The notes under the pieces: generated by a model
Told to the model about the DNA's origin: nothing
Database searches by the model: none
The model's input: only the letters and a program-made list of their open reading frames with translations
In this document: piece by piece, positions 22,980 through 34,669 of the stretch
Numbering within the stretch: the stretch's first letter is position 1
How the letters are laid out: each line of letters opens with the position of its first letter
Made by a program: the position numbers and the translations under genes
From: Blastocladiella emersonii ATCC 22665
Taxonomy: Eukaryota > Fungi > Blastocladiomycota
Reading direction: 5' to 3'
Length of the DNA stretch: 64,000 nucleotides
Assembly: GCA_025594325.1 (NCBI GenBank)
Contig: JANHCV010000005.1
Location: forward strand, 1,364,001-1,428,000

Positions 22980-25328
22980 TCTCGTGCCGTCAATCATCTC
23001 GCGGTCGCGATCCTGCGTGGACCACCGCCACTCTTGCGCTCGACAAGGCATCGCGTCTATTCCCACGTTCAGCTTCTCGTCGCAGCGATTGCCTGGACGG
23101 ACCCGTCGACGACTACTTTTTGGTTCAACGCAACGATGCTCTTTACAACTGGCTTGCTGTGGGTCAAGGGCGCCTGGGACCAGGTACACGTGCCGCCGAG
23201 GCGACTTCCGTATCGCCGGGCCCACCGCCACAAGGCGCTCCTCGAGTACCTGTTCCGTCTCGCGGTTGTTTCGTGGAATCCGGGGCTACTTGTCCCGCTA
23301 TCCGACTCGGGCTACCTGACTGTCGTCCCTGGCCTGCTCAGCGTGATCGAGGACTTTCCCAACCTTGCCTAAACTGCTCTGGAGCCGCTAGAAATTTACT
23401 CGGGCGACGCAGACCGCATCATCCGCGTGCTTGACTGGTACTTTGGATCCGACACCTTAACATTTCCCGACAAGCTGATCGACGCCGGGCTGATCGGTTC
23501 GCTTACCCTTCCGTCAAACGACCGCGTGCTTCGACACATGATTGAGCATCACACGGACCGACTCATGGTTGGCGCGAGTCCATCAGGTCGAGCTTCACTT
23601 GTCGCGTGGACCTATTGGCGGGGCTTGAACGAAAACGAGGTTGACCTTATCGAGTACCTTCATTAGAACAACCTCTTGGACGACAGAACGTGGGCCCACA
23701 TTCTTATTGTGGCGATTGCCGGGAATCCAGGCGAGCAGCTCATCATATCTGGTCAGCTCGGACGCGAACTGGTAACGCGGCTCGGGGAGAGACTGGTGGA
23801 CATTGCGTTGGGCGGTATGCGGGCTCTGCTCATCTGAAAGCAACAACTCATTACGGTCCGCTAACCGATGAAGAGCACCGCGGGGGGAAGCACGGCGCTG
23901 GTGGTGTCGAGCCCACACGATTCCCGAGACAACTGTATGATCCGGAAACGTGAGCTCTATTCGGGAGAATGATGGGGGACAAGATGGAGAGGAAACAAGA
24001 GGGAAAAGGAGGGTGAGGAGGCCGCACACACCTGTATGATCCGGAAACGTGAGCTAAAGAGAGCTCACGTCCGCGGCGGGGGTGCGGCCACCTTTTGAGG
24101 GCGACAGGAAACGGGCGGCGAGTCACCAGCTGCGGCCGGGCGCGAACAGCCGTGTTCGCGGTGGTGGGAAATGTGGCGCGATCGGCGCTACGCGCGCGCG
24201 TGACCCAAGCATCACGCGCGTCGCGCGACACCGACTGCTGTAATGATTGTGGCATTTTCAATCATTCGTCATGCGCAGGACGAATACTGGTTGTCACGCC
24301 AAATCGTCGCCTTTTGGCCCCTGTGCGGTCTCAAACGGCCGCCTGACTTGCTTAATCGACTCGTCTCGTCCATGCGAAAGGGATGCTTCCCAAAGTGCTC
24401 ACGAGAGGAGCTCACATCGCGCTTGGAGGTGGATTGGTCTCATCCAACAACGTACTCGACGTCAAATGAATTCCTCGTCCTGCATCTTGTCGAGGTCAGC
24501 ACGCAATTCATTGACTTGTTTGCACGGCCCACCGACGCGGATATTGGGCCGTTGTTTGAGCTTGCTGTGCGAATCGTGACTCAACTCGGCGCGGGCCACT
24601 TTGACGACCTTACCTCCGCGCACTGGCTCGTGGTCGCTGCTCTCCAAGGGCCCGAGACGCGTGCCGCGGCACTTCAGCTTGTGCGGGACACGGACGCAGC
24701 GCCAACCCTGCTTGGTATCATGATCATGGCTCAGCTTGGCTGCATCGACCGCTTGACACATACCCGTGCGTCTTTCCCCATCGACGGCAATGCTCGGACA
24801 TGTGGTGATTGCGCGCTGTGGACGCAGGCTCCGTGGTTTGCAACGCTGCTTGACCTGATACGCTTCGAAAACGCGTTTGAGCGGCTTCCTGTGGTTGTGA
24901 AAAAGACCTTGAACTACCTTGTCCGCGACCAATGGCATCTCGAACACGCGGTGAAGTTGTCAACGGTCCCCTCGCGTCGCCAAATTAGGTGCACGAAGCA
25001 CTCGATTCTACACGGGAGTCGTAAGCCGATTCGCGCGATCGCGGGCGAAAACCTTGGCGCACTACTCGATATCGTCGCGGCCAAAACTCCTCCCACGAGC
25101 ATCGATTATTGGCGCCAGATTCCAGACGGCGCCCTCGAACGAGTGCGAGACGCTCGCTGGATTGCGCGCGCTGTGGCGACTCTGAAACAGCGGCACGCAG
25201 ACCAGGCCGTCGTGGAGGTCCAGCGCACTGCATACCAGACGGCGCGGTCGCAGGAGTATTTAGCAGAGCTCAAAGAGCTGTCATACACACCTGGAATAAA
25301 TGCTGATGTTCCACCTTGGGGACGATAA
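22980..25328 (+). pseudogene. F-box-like family copy A4: 5'-truncated, with stops/frameshift in exon 1, an enlarged intron (23815-24278) and an open exon 2
   Basis: VYSHVQLLVAA, LFRLAVVSWNPG, LDWYF and DLIEYLH*NNLLD match A1/A3. ORF 24243-25328 matches exon 2. Confidence 0.78.
23933..24070. repeat. 24-bp direct repeat CTGTATGATCCGGAAACGTGAGCT (23933-23956, 24032-24055) plus a 9-bp-stem hairpin (24047-24070)
   Basis: Read directly from the sequence. Confidence 0.85.
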
Positions 25329-25611
25329 GTTCCACGACTTGCTGCAGGCTGGACATGTCGCCACCCCCAGCTACGCATCAAGTTCCGCACAACCACAAAT
25401 GTCTCTCACATAATAGATTGCCAGACTGCTACGTTGCCTTTCGTGACAATGGCTAGTGCGGGCAAGGGGAGCCGTCGGCGACAAGCTGGGAAACGCGAAG
25501 CGCCACTCACGCGCCTCACGTGCGCCTCCCAAACACTTGGGCTGGTCCAGTTCCGCGCGCCACCTTTCGCGCTCGCTCTCCCACGCTCATGAATCATCAC
25601 CAGTTAATGCA

Positions 25612-27234
25612 ATGAAGACGTCGCTTAAGATACCGCACTTGATCGACACCATCCTGTGCGAGGCCGTGTCACTACGCCCGAACGATCTCAGCGCGGCTCG
25701 CCAGTACCTTGGTGTGCTCCCGCGAGCGCTCATTCCCGACACTTGCCGGCGCGTGTCGGAGGTCGTGTTCGAGGAAATGCTGCCTGCCGCCCCATGGCCT
25801 TACCTGCCGTCCGGCCAGTGTCCCAAGTCGTCCGAGTCACCAAAACAGCGAGCCCTCCGTGGCAATCTTGCCATCGTTCTGCTCGCTCCTGCCATCGAAG
25901 CTGGGCAGCTGCACTCTATCGAGCTCGATTACATTTTCTTTTCGGATTGGGGCGCTCGTCGGCTTTCCAAAGCTTTAAACGGTCCAAACCAGCGCGTCTC
26001 GCGCGTTGCGCTCGTGGGGTGCGGTCTCACGTTGGCTCGCGTCCGCTTGCTACAGCTTCCCAGCACTGTTCTTCACCTCGACTTGTCAGAGAATCCACTG
26101 GGTCAGACGGGCGTTCGCGAGCCCGACCGTCACCCGGATCGGATCCAACACAGCCAGCGCTGCTTTCAAGCGAAGTCGACAACTACTTGTGATGGCTCAT
26201 GTCATCGAATGATGACACCGCGCAAGCGCGAGATTGAGGCCATAGTAGCTCACCTTGCTACGATTGATCGAGCAAGTTACCACCAAGGCAGCTGGCTTCC
26301 ACTCACCCTCGCCAGCTTGACGTTGCGAAAAATTTACTGCGCTGACCAGCCGCTTGCGCCCTTGTTCGCACTTGGTCCGCTTCCAAATACGCTCAAGTCG
26401 CTCGACCTGACGGGGAACACGTTCTGCCAGAGCGCTGCGGCTGCACTCGAATCGGCCCTGCCCTTGACTCTGGAGCGCCTCGATCTCAACTGTTGCCAGC
26501 TTGCAACGCCCTGGAGCGGTCGATTCCAAGCGATAACGTCCTCCTCACTCGCTGCTCTCTGCATCCAAGGAAACGGCTTGATGAAGAACGGTGCACTGTG
26601 CACCCCCATCGATTTTATTACTCGCAACCTCACCACTCTTGTCCTTTCCGAAAACGGGCATATGGGTTGGCGTCAGCTGGCACCGGTCTTTCCGCCCCGT
26701 CTCGAGATTCTTGAGCTGGCCACCCAGTACGATTGGGAGTTCAAGCACATGTCCGCGGAGCTCCGCGAGCAGTGCCAGACTTATCAGCTTTTGATCGACG
26801 CGCTGCCGCCGACACTTAAGCGACTCAAGCTAAACATGCTTCCTTCCCGCTACGAGCGGGCGTTCGCGTACCTCGTCGAACATCTTCCGCCTCGCATCGA
26901 GCGCCTCGACATTGCGCATTGGCAACTCAAGAAGCGGGGCCTGTGGTCGCTCGCACAGCGCCAACTTCCTTCGACTTTGACGCGACTGGTCATCTTTGAC
27001 AACGTGGATCTCAACTTCGTAGAAGCTCTTACCTCGCGCCTGCATACGTCAATCACTATCTCAACAGGCGTAGCTTCCACAAGAGGCTGGACAGGTCGCA
27101 ACGAACCGACTCGACCTGGCTGGGTTTTGGCTTCTGACCCAGCTGACGACGAGGACGATGAATATCGCGGCCGTCATCGCAGATTCGAGTACTGGGAGAT
27201 TGCAGAGGCGGGCGAGGATAGCACTGAATTCTGA
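25612..27234 (+). CDS. Leucine-rich repeat (RNI-like) protein B2, intronless, 540 aa
   Basis: LRR units such as LPNTLKSLDLTGN and LPLTLERLDLNCCQL; clear paralogue of B1. Confidence 0.8.
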   Translation: MKTSLKIPHLIDTILCEAVSLRPNDLSAARQYLGVLPRALIPDTCRRVSEVVFEEMLPAAPWPYLPSGQCPKSSESPKQRALRGNLAIVLLAPAIEAGQLHSIELDYIFFSDWGARRLSKALNGPNQRVSRVALVGCGLTLARVRLLQLPSTVLHLDLSENPLGQTGVREPDRHPDRIQHSQRCFQAKSTTTCDGSCHRMMTPRKREIEAIVAHLATIDRASYHQGSWLPLTLASLTLRKIYCADQPLAPLFALGPLPNTLKSLDLTGNTFCQSAAAALESALPLTLERLDLNCCQLATPWSGRFQAITSSSLAALCIQGNGLMKNGALCTPIDFITRNLTTLVLSENGHMGWRQLAPVFPPRLEILELATQYDWEFKHMSAELREQCQTYQLLIDALPPTLKRLKLNMLPSRYERAFAYLVEHLPPRIERLDIAHWQLKKRGLWSLAQRQLPSTLTRLVIFDNVDLNFVEALTSRLHTSITISTGVASTRGWTGRNEPTRPGWVLASDPADDEDDEYRGRHRRFEYWEIAEAGEDSTEF

Positions 27235-27309
27235 TTTATCAATATTTGCTTGGTCAGTTATATAGTTTGTTCTTCAATAATTGTCCTGCGTTCGGGACCC
27301 CTCAAGGTT

Positions 27310-27350
27310 GCGCGTTGCGCCACAGCGTGACCCCTCCGAGCGCTGATTGG
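27310..27350 (+). promoter_or_regulatory. Subfamily-C upstream module RCGCGT-TGCGCCAY-RGCGTGA-N-CTGATTGG (CCAAT box); further copies at 29860-29900 and 36631-36671
   Basis: Three copies with identical internal spacing (13 nt from the GTG to CTGATTGG). Confidence 0.65.
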
Positions 27351-27434
27351 GTGCCGTGTCGCAAAGCAAGGTCAACTGCCGCACACGGCTTCGAGCTCCT
27401 CCTCACGCAACAGCCCACATGCTCACCGATTTCG

Positions 27435-29759
27435 ATGAATGACTCCATGCAATCACATGAACAGACCTCGGAAAGCCGCATGTTCGGGGACTTTCCCCCT
27501 GAACTGGTCACCTCTGTCCTTCAGCTCGCGCGGCCCTGTGCTGCCATTGCGGCTTCGTCGAGCATCTTGCTCAATTTGACTTCAGATGATCCTGTTCGCC
27601 TCTACTGGACAGTGCACTTGGTGGTGTGTTACCTCGAAGCGGACAGACTCCACGAACCCGAGCCTGCAAACCCAACATAACGCTTCATCCTGCGGCGCGG
27701 CCATTTCGGCACTGTTGCGCGACCTGCTCCAGCGGCTGGCGAGTTTCCTGTCAATTTTGCCATCGTGTTTCGCCGCCCGGTTCGACCGAGCGACCTGACG
27801 ACAGACACACTTGGTCGACGGTTGCAGGAGTCGACCTGGAGGGTCAACACCCCGGTTTTTTTTTGGCGGCCTCGCTTGTTCAGCTCATCGTCGCGACCGT
27901 CATGTTCAACTGGACTGACCACTTGCGAGGAATTCTCGACGACCTTGTCACCAACTTGCCCCAGCAACTGGATGCGCGACTGGAACTCTCAACGTGGACC
28001 TCGGTTCCCGAAGTCTACTCCGCCGTCATCTTCGGCTCTGACGAATTTACCATGCCCACGGCCCCGCTGCGGTTTGCGGATGCTCTAGGCTACCTTGCCG
28101 TCCTATCATGGAAACGCCCGGTCTTTCAGTTGCTCGTCGGAAATCCACACTACGCCGTTGATGTATCGGCTCTGACCGAGCTCTTTTTCACAGAGGGCCC
28201 CGCGTGCTTCGTCCGCCTGACTGCCATGTCTCGGCGCAGTATCCCTGAAGCTGCCGAGCATTTCTACGACATTTTCGCGTGGCTGCTCGAGCACGGTTCG
28301 AATATGCCCACAACTATTCGCAAAATCTACGTTGACGCTGCTGTTAACGCGGGCCATGGGCTCTTCATCCCTCCTCCTTGCTAAATTCTCAGACCTGATG
28401 CTCCCTGCACTTGAAATCGACCCCGAACTTGATGAGGCCCGCGTCGTGTCGCTGCGTCCCTTGAGCGATGACGCACCCGAACAACTTGGAGCGAACATCA
28501 TCGGCTGGTTTGACAAGGACTTGCCCGTTGAGGACGTCAAGCTGCTCGATGCTCACGGATTGATTGCGCCCCAGTGGCGGAGCTCGATTCTCGGCGCGGC
28601 CCTTGCCCGAATGCCCGAAACGAGCTGGACTTTGTCGCGTGGCTTCACGATTGGGACGACGACGAGGAATGGTCGGCGCTGATTCTTGAAGGTGCGTATC
28701 TGTTCCCTGGGATTTAGCAACTCGAGAGGTAGTGTGAGCTAACCCAGTGTGACGCGTGATCCGGGTCTAGCCTTTTGTGTCGGCCGCGCTTGGTCTCGCA
28801 CAAAGCTCAATGGTATTGGCCAAGCCGTGCTTCGCTATGCGCTTGTCCCGGGTCCATGAAAAAATGGCGACGTTCAACTTGCTCTGAGCGAATTCGTTGA
28901 CGCCAACGCTGCTTATTTGGATCGCGATGATGCCGGTGCAAGTGCCGCGTTTCTCGTTGACAGCAGCACTATTGAAGTCGACAACTATGTGCACAGGATC
29001 ACCATCCCCGTTGAGCTCTTCGAATCGCTTGTCTTGCCGACGCAGAGCGAAGCGTGGACATGGGTGACGGCGCTGGATCTCTCATGGTTACTCGTGTTCG
29101 CTCACTCTATCGGGATGACCGGGGCTTGGCCAATCCCTGCAATCAAATTATCGGGCGCCGCGCACCTGTATCTCCACGCTATGATCCGAGCCTACTTCCC
29201 ACCGCTTCAGGATGGCTACACAATGGAAGACTATGACGAGCGCGATAGCTCGTTCGCAAAGCTGTGCCCGACTTGCACGCTTACGGCACAACAAGCATGG
29301 CGTACCTTCCTTTCAGAGCTTCACAAGCTGTGCACGTCGGAGCACTTGACGTGGCCATTTCCGCGCGTCGCCAACTTGTGGTCGCTGTTATGCAAGAGTG
29401 CCCAGATCGAGGGCAGTCTGGACTTGCCCAAACCTGAACTGAGTTGTTCTTGCGACCGGTTCGCGTCTGCCCAGCTCGTCGCAAGCTTGCTGTTTGATTT
29501 CCATCGGCAACAAGCATTTGACGCGCTGCGTAGCGAGATCGATGCGGGCGCGCTCACGTTGAACGTCCTCAGCTTGCTTCCTGACGGTGCACTGGATAGC
29601 TGCGCTTCGCCCGCAGAGTTGGCTGACATTGTACACAAACTGGCTACACATGACGGAGCAGATGAGCTGCGCCGAATCGCGGCTGCCCTCGCATTCGAAC
29701 GAGTAGCACCTATGGCTTCAATGCTCGTCAAACTCAACGTGCCGTCCGCTACGCGATAA
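27435..29759 (+). pseudogene. F-box-like family copy C1 (frameshifts and stops; intron 28692-28770)
   Basis: FGDFPPELVTSVLQLA motif; colinear with 41830-44078; phase-1 intron followed by AFCVG, as in C3. Confidence 0.75.
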
Positions 29760-30539
29760 CACCTTCCACGAATAATACAAACTTCGTGTTATGAAGTTGT
29801 ATGTTTCCGTTTTCAAGTGCACGCAATGAGGCTGCCCGAGAGCTCCGACTTGCGAGGCGACGCGTTGCGCCATGGCGTGACCACGGCGAACGCTGATTGG
29901 CCGCAGCTCAAGCGGTTCATCATCGTGGTCAACATTTGGCTGGGGCAGAGCTGGGGGGCTTGTCCCCCACCTCGCGCACCGCTGTCCACACGCTATCTTC
30001 TCTCCAGAGAAAGCCCACATACTCACAAATCGCGATGAATGACTCCATGCAATTACACTCTCAACCCCCCAGAAGGCATTGTTTCGAGGACCTTCCTGCA
30101 GAATTGGTCATTTCCGTGCTTCAACTTGCGCTGCCGCGGGCTACCGTCACCGCGACGTCGGCGCTTCTGTATGCGGTGGCCTCGGATAGCCCAGTAAACC
30201 ACATTTGGACCCTTGCTTCGCTTAACCATCACCTTGAATCGTATCTGCTTCAAGGGAGGAAAGTACCAGAGAATTTGGACGACCGCATCAGCACAACCCC
30301 CGTATTGAGCCCAACTTGCCCGCTCACAGAGCAGCAAGTTTGGCGTGACCTTACCACTGCGCTTCACGATCGATGTGTGTCGGAGCGTCTGACATGGCCC
30401 TTTCCACGCGTTGATAGATTGTGGTCGCTGCTGTGCAGGGTAGCCCAAGTCGACGGCAATCGTGACCTTGCCCAGCGTAACGTGGGTTGTCCTTGTGAAC
30501 GGTTAGCGTCTGCGAAGCTCGTTGCGAGCTTCCTCTTCG

Positions 30540-33500
30540 CATCACCAAACCGCGCCTGCCGAGGGCCCATGGATCCAGGGTGGATCCACCTTGAGCCTTC
30601 CAGCGCTGGATCCAGCATTAATCTAGCGCTGGATCCAGATTTCGCAGACTGGATCCACCATCATGGAAGGTGGATCCAGCCTTGACTGAGATGAGCTGGA
30701 ATGAGCTTCGCGGCGACCTGGATCGAGACGTTGATCCATTTCCTTGAAAGTCGACCCACACCTTGATCCACGCGCCCTGGATCAACTTGTTGTAAATGTA
30801 GTTCTAGGCGTCGATCTACGTCTGTATCCAACTCTTGCTCAGGCAGAACCAGGAGCTGATCGACGGTGAACATGGTGGTGAAGGAACTCGTGCGAAAATG
30901 TATCGAAATGGTCGCAACGACCCGGCAAACCATGCGAGGAAGCCGAACGCAACTAGACGTGTTCGTGCTGCTGCAGGTCCGTCTCGGTCCACATCCAAAG
31001 CTCACGGCACGGCCACACGCTTGCAGCGAGTGATTCATGGATCATTCATAGAGTGCGACGTCGCGGTACCGTCGCCGGGAGGAGAGAGCGCGGCGCTGCA
31101 GCGAAGCGCGAGCCGCAAAACGCGTCGAAGCCAACGCGCTCACGTGAGCGCGTCGATCGTTTCAGCCGCGTTCGCTTTTCGCGGACTTCGCGCCGCGGCG
31201 GCTCGCACTCTCTCGCCCCACCACCAACAGCCATGCTATCGACCCACCCAACACCCGCGACCTCGCGCAACCGCCTGCACCGTCACCCCTCGCCCTCCAT
31301 GTATCTCACGTCGACGCGCATCCGCCCAGCGCCGCCACGCGTCCGCGGCACGGTGACCCCACGGTACGCGTCTCTCCCCTTCTCCGAGGTCTCTCCCTCC
31401 TCGCGACGTGCATCCACAGCCATGCCTCGAGACCCGCGATACGCCCTGCACGCTTCGGCGGGTCTTGCGCCTGCTGCGCTTGATGCTCGCGCCGCGTTCC
31501 CACGCCCTCCGCGCCGGCTGTCCGTTCGCTCGCTGACGCGTCACACGGTCACCTTGCTCTCTTTCGTAGCCTTCGAGATGCACATCAAGCTGCAGCGGCG
31601 CTCGTGGGGGCCGTCGTGACGCACCCGCGTCGATCTTGACCATGGTCGCAACAAGGTGCGCCGTGTGCGGCTCGGTCTCCTGCTCCCACGGGCCGAGACT
31701 CACATGTTCGCGAACTCCATCGGTAGGGCGCCAAGTACGCCAAGCGGCTACGACAAGCGCCGCGCCTTCGCCCGCCAGGCCAACTCGTGTGCGACGCGCT
31801 CAAGGCTACACGGTACGGGCCTTCTCCTTCGCGTTCTCGGCGTGATTCGCGCTGATCATGGGCACGGACAGGCTCCGAGCTCCCGAGCGACATCGCTCGT
31901 GTCGTCGGCCCAGATCCTGGCGACGCGGCCCGTCCGTTCGCGCCATGTGTATACTTCGCCCGATCCCTTGCTCACTTGTCTCCGCCACGTCACCCATAGC
32001 CTCGGTCAACCACGACAAGCCTCAACGGTGCTCCAGAACACGCGGCGAGGTCTCGCTGCTCGGGTCGTCGCTGGCCTCAAGCACGCGCCTGGCTGCACGT
32101 GCGAGTCCGAGTTCGAGGTACGCGACTCGGTCAACACGCGCCCATGGACCGAAGCTGACACGGCCGATTTGAGTAGTTCATCCAGTACGTCAAGCTGCAG
32201 CGGCAAGGGTCGCCTCGTCGTCTGCCCTTGTGGCGCGCGCGAGGTCATGCGGCGTCGATCTCATACACCCGCATCAAGGACTGGAACCTCAAGTACAAGC
32301 TCGGGATCAAGGATATCGAGGCGTTTTGGAAGGAGGTACGCGGACGCGGCGTGGGTCGCCGCGGTGGCAGTTGCTGATGCCGCTTCCGTGTCGCTCACCA
32401 AGGCCCTGCAGACGATCCGCAAGCCGTTCAAGGAAAAGTCGGAGTGGGTCGACCTCGTGCAGGTGGCCGCCGACAACTCGTGCATCATCACCAACAAGGT
32501 CGGCGAAAAGAAGTCGCTCACCAAGCAGTGGCTGGTTGGCGAGGCACCCGAGGAGCTCCACCGCGCCACGATGGCCATGGTCGACGAGTACGACGACGCC
32601 GAGCTCGACATGGATTTCGCCGACGCCGACGTCGATGCGGCGATGTCGGTCCGCGCGTGCCGTGGTGCTCACCCGCTGTACCTGTCCTTCCTCGACCGAC
32701 TCCTCTTTGGGCAGGCGAACGACATGGCCAACGCTCGAGGCTCGAACCAGTCGTCGCACGGTACGCCTTTGCTCACCAAGTCGCACTCGATCCCGTCGCT
32801 CACGTTCCGCACTGTAGCCAAGCGCATGGCCGGCTACGCGATTGTCAACGACCTCAAGCTGCTCGACATCAACAAGCCCTTCCCGATCGACGGGTCAAGT
32901 CCGGTGTGGCGCATCATGGCCGCGGTCGCTGTCCTTGTACGTTTTGCTCATGCAATCTGCCGGGTTCCTCCGTTCGCCTTCGCCCTCTCTGACTTCACCG
33001 CGATGCACGCTCGCTGCTTTCTAGTGTGCATGGCGCATCACTGGGAGCGCGTACCAACAAGGTATCATCGTCGGCCTGACCAAGAAGGACGCCAAGGTGA
33101 CGCTCGCCGACTACTACGACGCCTTCCTCGTCTCGCGCACAGGTTCGTTTTCCGTCGCCAAGCGCATCTACCTGGCCTCGCGGCTCCGCGCGCTGTTCAA
33201 GCGTGGGATCCTCAACATCAGCCTCGCCGAGATCGCCCAGCAGAACACGGGCGTCGAGACGACCAAGACCCAGGCGGCTATGACCGTCGACATTGCGAAC
33301 GACATCTGCCCCGACGAGTAGCTGCGCCATACCACATCTCGGGTGGCGGGGTGTGCAGCGGGCGGTGCGAGCGCATCAAGGGCTGGTTCCCTTCCTTCAT
33401 CTCGACCTCTCTGCGCACTCCATGGTCATCGTTGTGGGGCGTACGCGTGTGTATATATTGAACCGTTCGACCCTTGATTCGCTCGTGGATCTTGAGTGCG

Positions 33501-33859
33501 CTTACGTGGATTGCGACGTGGATCAGCGCCTCGACTCGGGCTATAACCAAATGGATCCACGCCAAGGTCGAGTTGATCGTCAAACTGATCGACGCAAGGA
33601 TCCATGTTTATCGTGGCCTAGTTCCGTGCCTGGATTGCGATATTACTTTCCTGGATCCAGCTCGCGATCCACCTTGACCAAAACCTGGATCCATCTGAGA
33701 GGTCCGCACGGTTTGCGGGTGGATCCAGCTCGCCCAAACTTGATCCACGCTTGATCCAGAAAAGTAATATCGGGATCCACATTCCCCCAAGGTCCATCCA
33801 GTCCACGGCTGGATCCAGGGTGGATCCACTTCAAATGGCTGGGGCACGGTTTGGTGATG
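30540..33859. mobile_element. 3,320-bp TIR DNA transposon with CACTA/CMC-like architecture; no recognisable DDE transposase
   Basis: 17-bp TIRs CATCACCAAACCG(C/T)GCC (16/17 match). TSD TCG at 30537-30539 and 33860-33862. Six perfect TGGATCCA palindromes near each end. Confidence 0.88.
31642..33321 (+). CDS. Multi-exon orphan gene carried inside the transposon; 5' exon structure uncertain
   Basis: Repeated GT(A/G)CG..YAG introns. High-GC3 exons YTRIKDWNLKYKLGIKDIEAFWKE, ALQTIRKPF..MAAVAVL and CAWRITGS..DICPDE*. Phase conflicts in the 5' exons. Confidence 0.55.
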
Positions 33860-34669
33860 TCGTTTCTCATCAACAGCAGGCCTTTGACACGCTACGCAAC
33901 GAGATTCAATCGGACGTCGACTTGGCCGTTCTGCGCTTGCTTCCTAATGCTGTGTTGGATTCCTGCGCCTCCATCAACGAGTTGGCCGACCTTGTGAACA
34001 AACTGGTTATTCACGAACGCCTTGGAAGCAAAGACGCGACCTTTTTCGCCAAGGAATTCACCTTTCCGACTGTCCCCCCAGGCCGAGGCTTGTGCCCGGG
34101 CGGTGTCATCATGTGAGCGGCGCTGGGGGGAAAACCCGCACCGCATCGCACGGGGAATCGGCTCACGTGGTGGCGTTTCAGCCACACAGTGGGGGCGGTC
34201 AGAAAGGTCTATTCCTTCGAGTCGCGCCCGCGACCTCCAGGCCCGTCCTGGTATTGCTTGCGTCCGCGTTCAATGGCGTAAAGTAGTGAGTTTTATTCTC
34301 AGCAGTAGGCTGAGTTTCTGTGGAGCTGAATTCGCGCTCAAGCTGGGTGGGCCATTTGTCACGCCTGACTTTTCTGCCACTCCCATCAACACGCGTCGCG
34401 ACGCGTCTCGGTCGAGCTCGAATTATCTTCTCCTCAATTTTCTCCAAATCCTCTTAATAAATCTACCCTCTAACTCTATGCAACTCAACTAAAATCGTCT
34501 GGGGTACAGTTCGACGTCGGAATACTCTCCGTGTACCTGACCTCTCACTCTTCCCGCTCCTCCCGCGGCCACTGTGCATATCCTTTACATTTCCTCCGTC
34601 CTTCATGTCCTACGTGGGCATCCACACGCTTCCCTGACGCTTTGATCTAATTCACCGCTTACGCGTATT

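Larger units (their letters stand above)
30035..34116 (+). pseudogene. F-box-like family copy C2: internally deleted in frame, then split by a transposon (30540-33859)
   Basis: FEDLPAELVISVLQLA motif. Removing the element and one TCG restores ASFLF-VSHQQQAFDTLRNEI, matching ASLLFDFHRQQAFDALRSEI in C1. Confidence 0.8.

Noticed and set aside
30568-30860. TGGATCCA arrays as a CRISPR-like repeat-spacer array
   Set aside because: The repeat is only 8 bp with irregular spacing, in a eukaryotic context with no cas genes; it is explained as transposon subterminal repeats.
31617-31619. In-frame TGA in the transposon cargo as possible selenocysteine
   Set aside because: No Cys/Sec redox context or recognisable SECIS, and a downstream ATG (31642) in another frame gives a simpler model.
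34076-34500. Helitron 5' end (A|TC)
   Set aside because: Host homology stops near 34080, but there is no A|TC junction there and other TC candidates cannot be discriminated.
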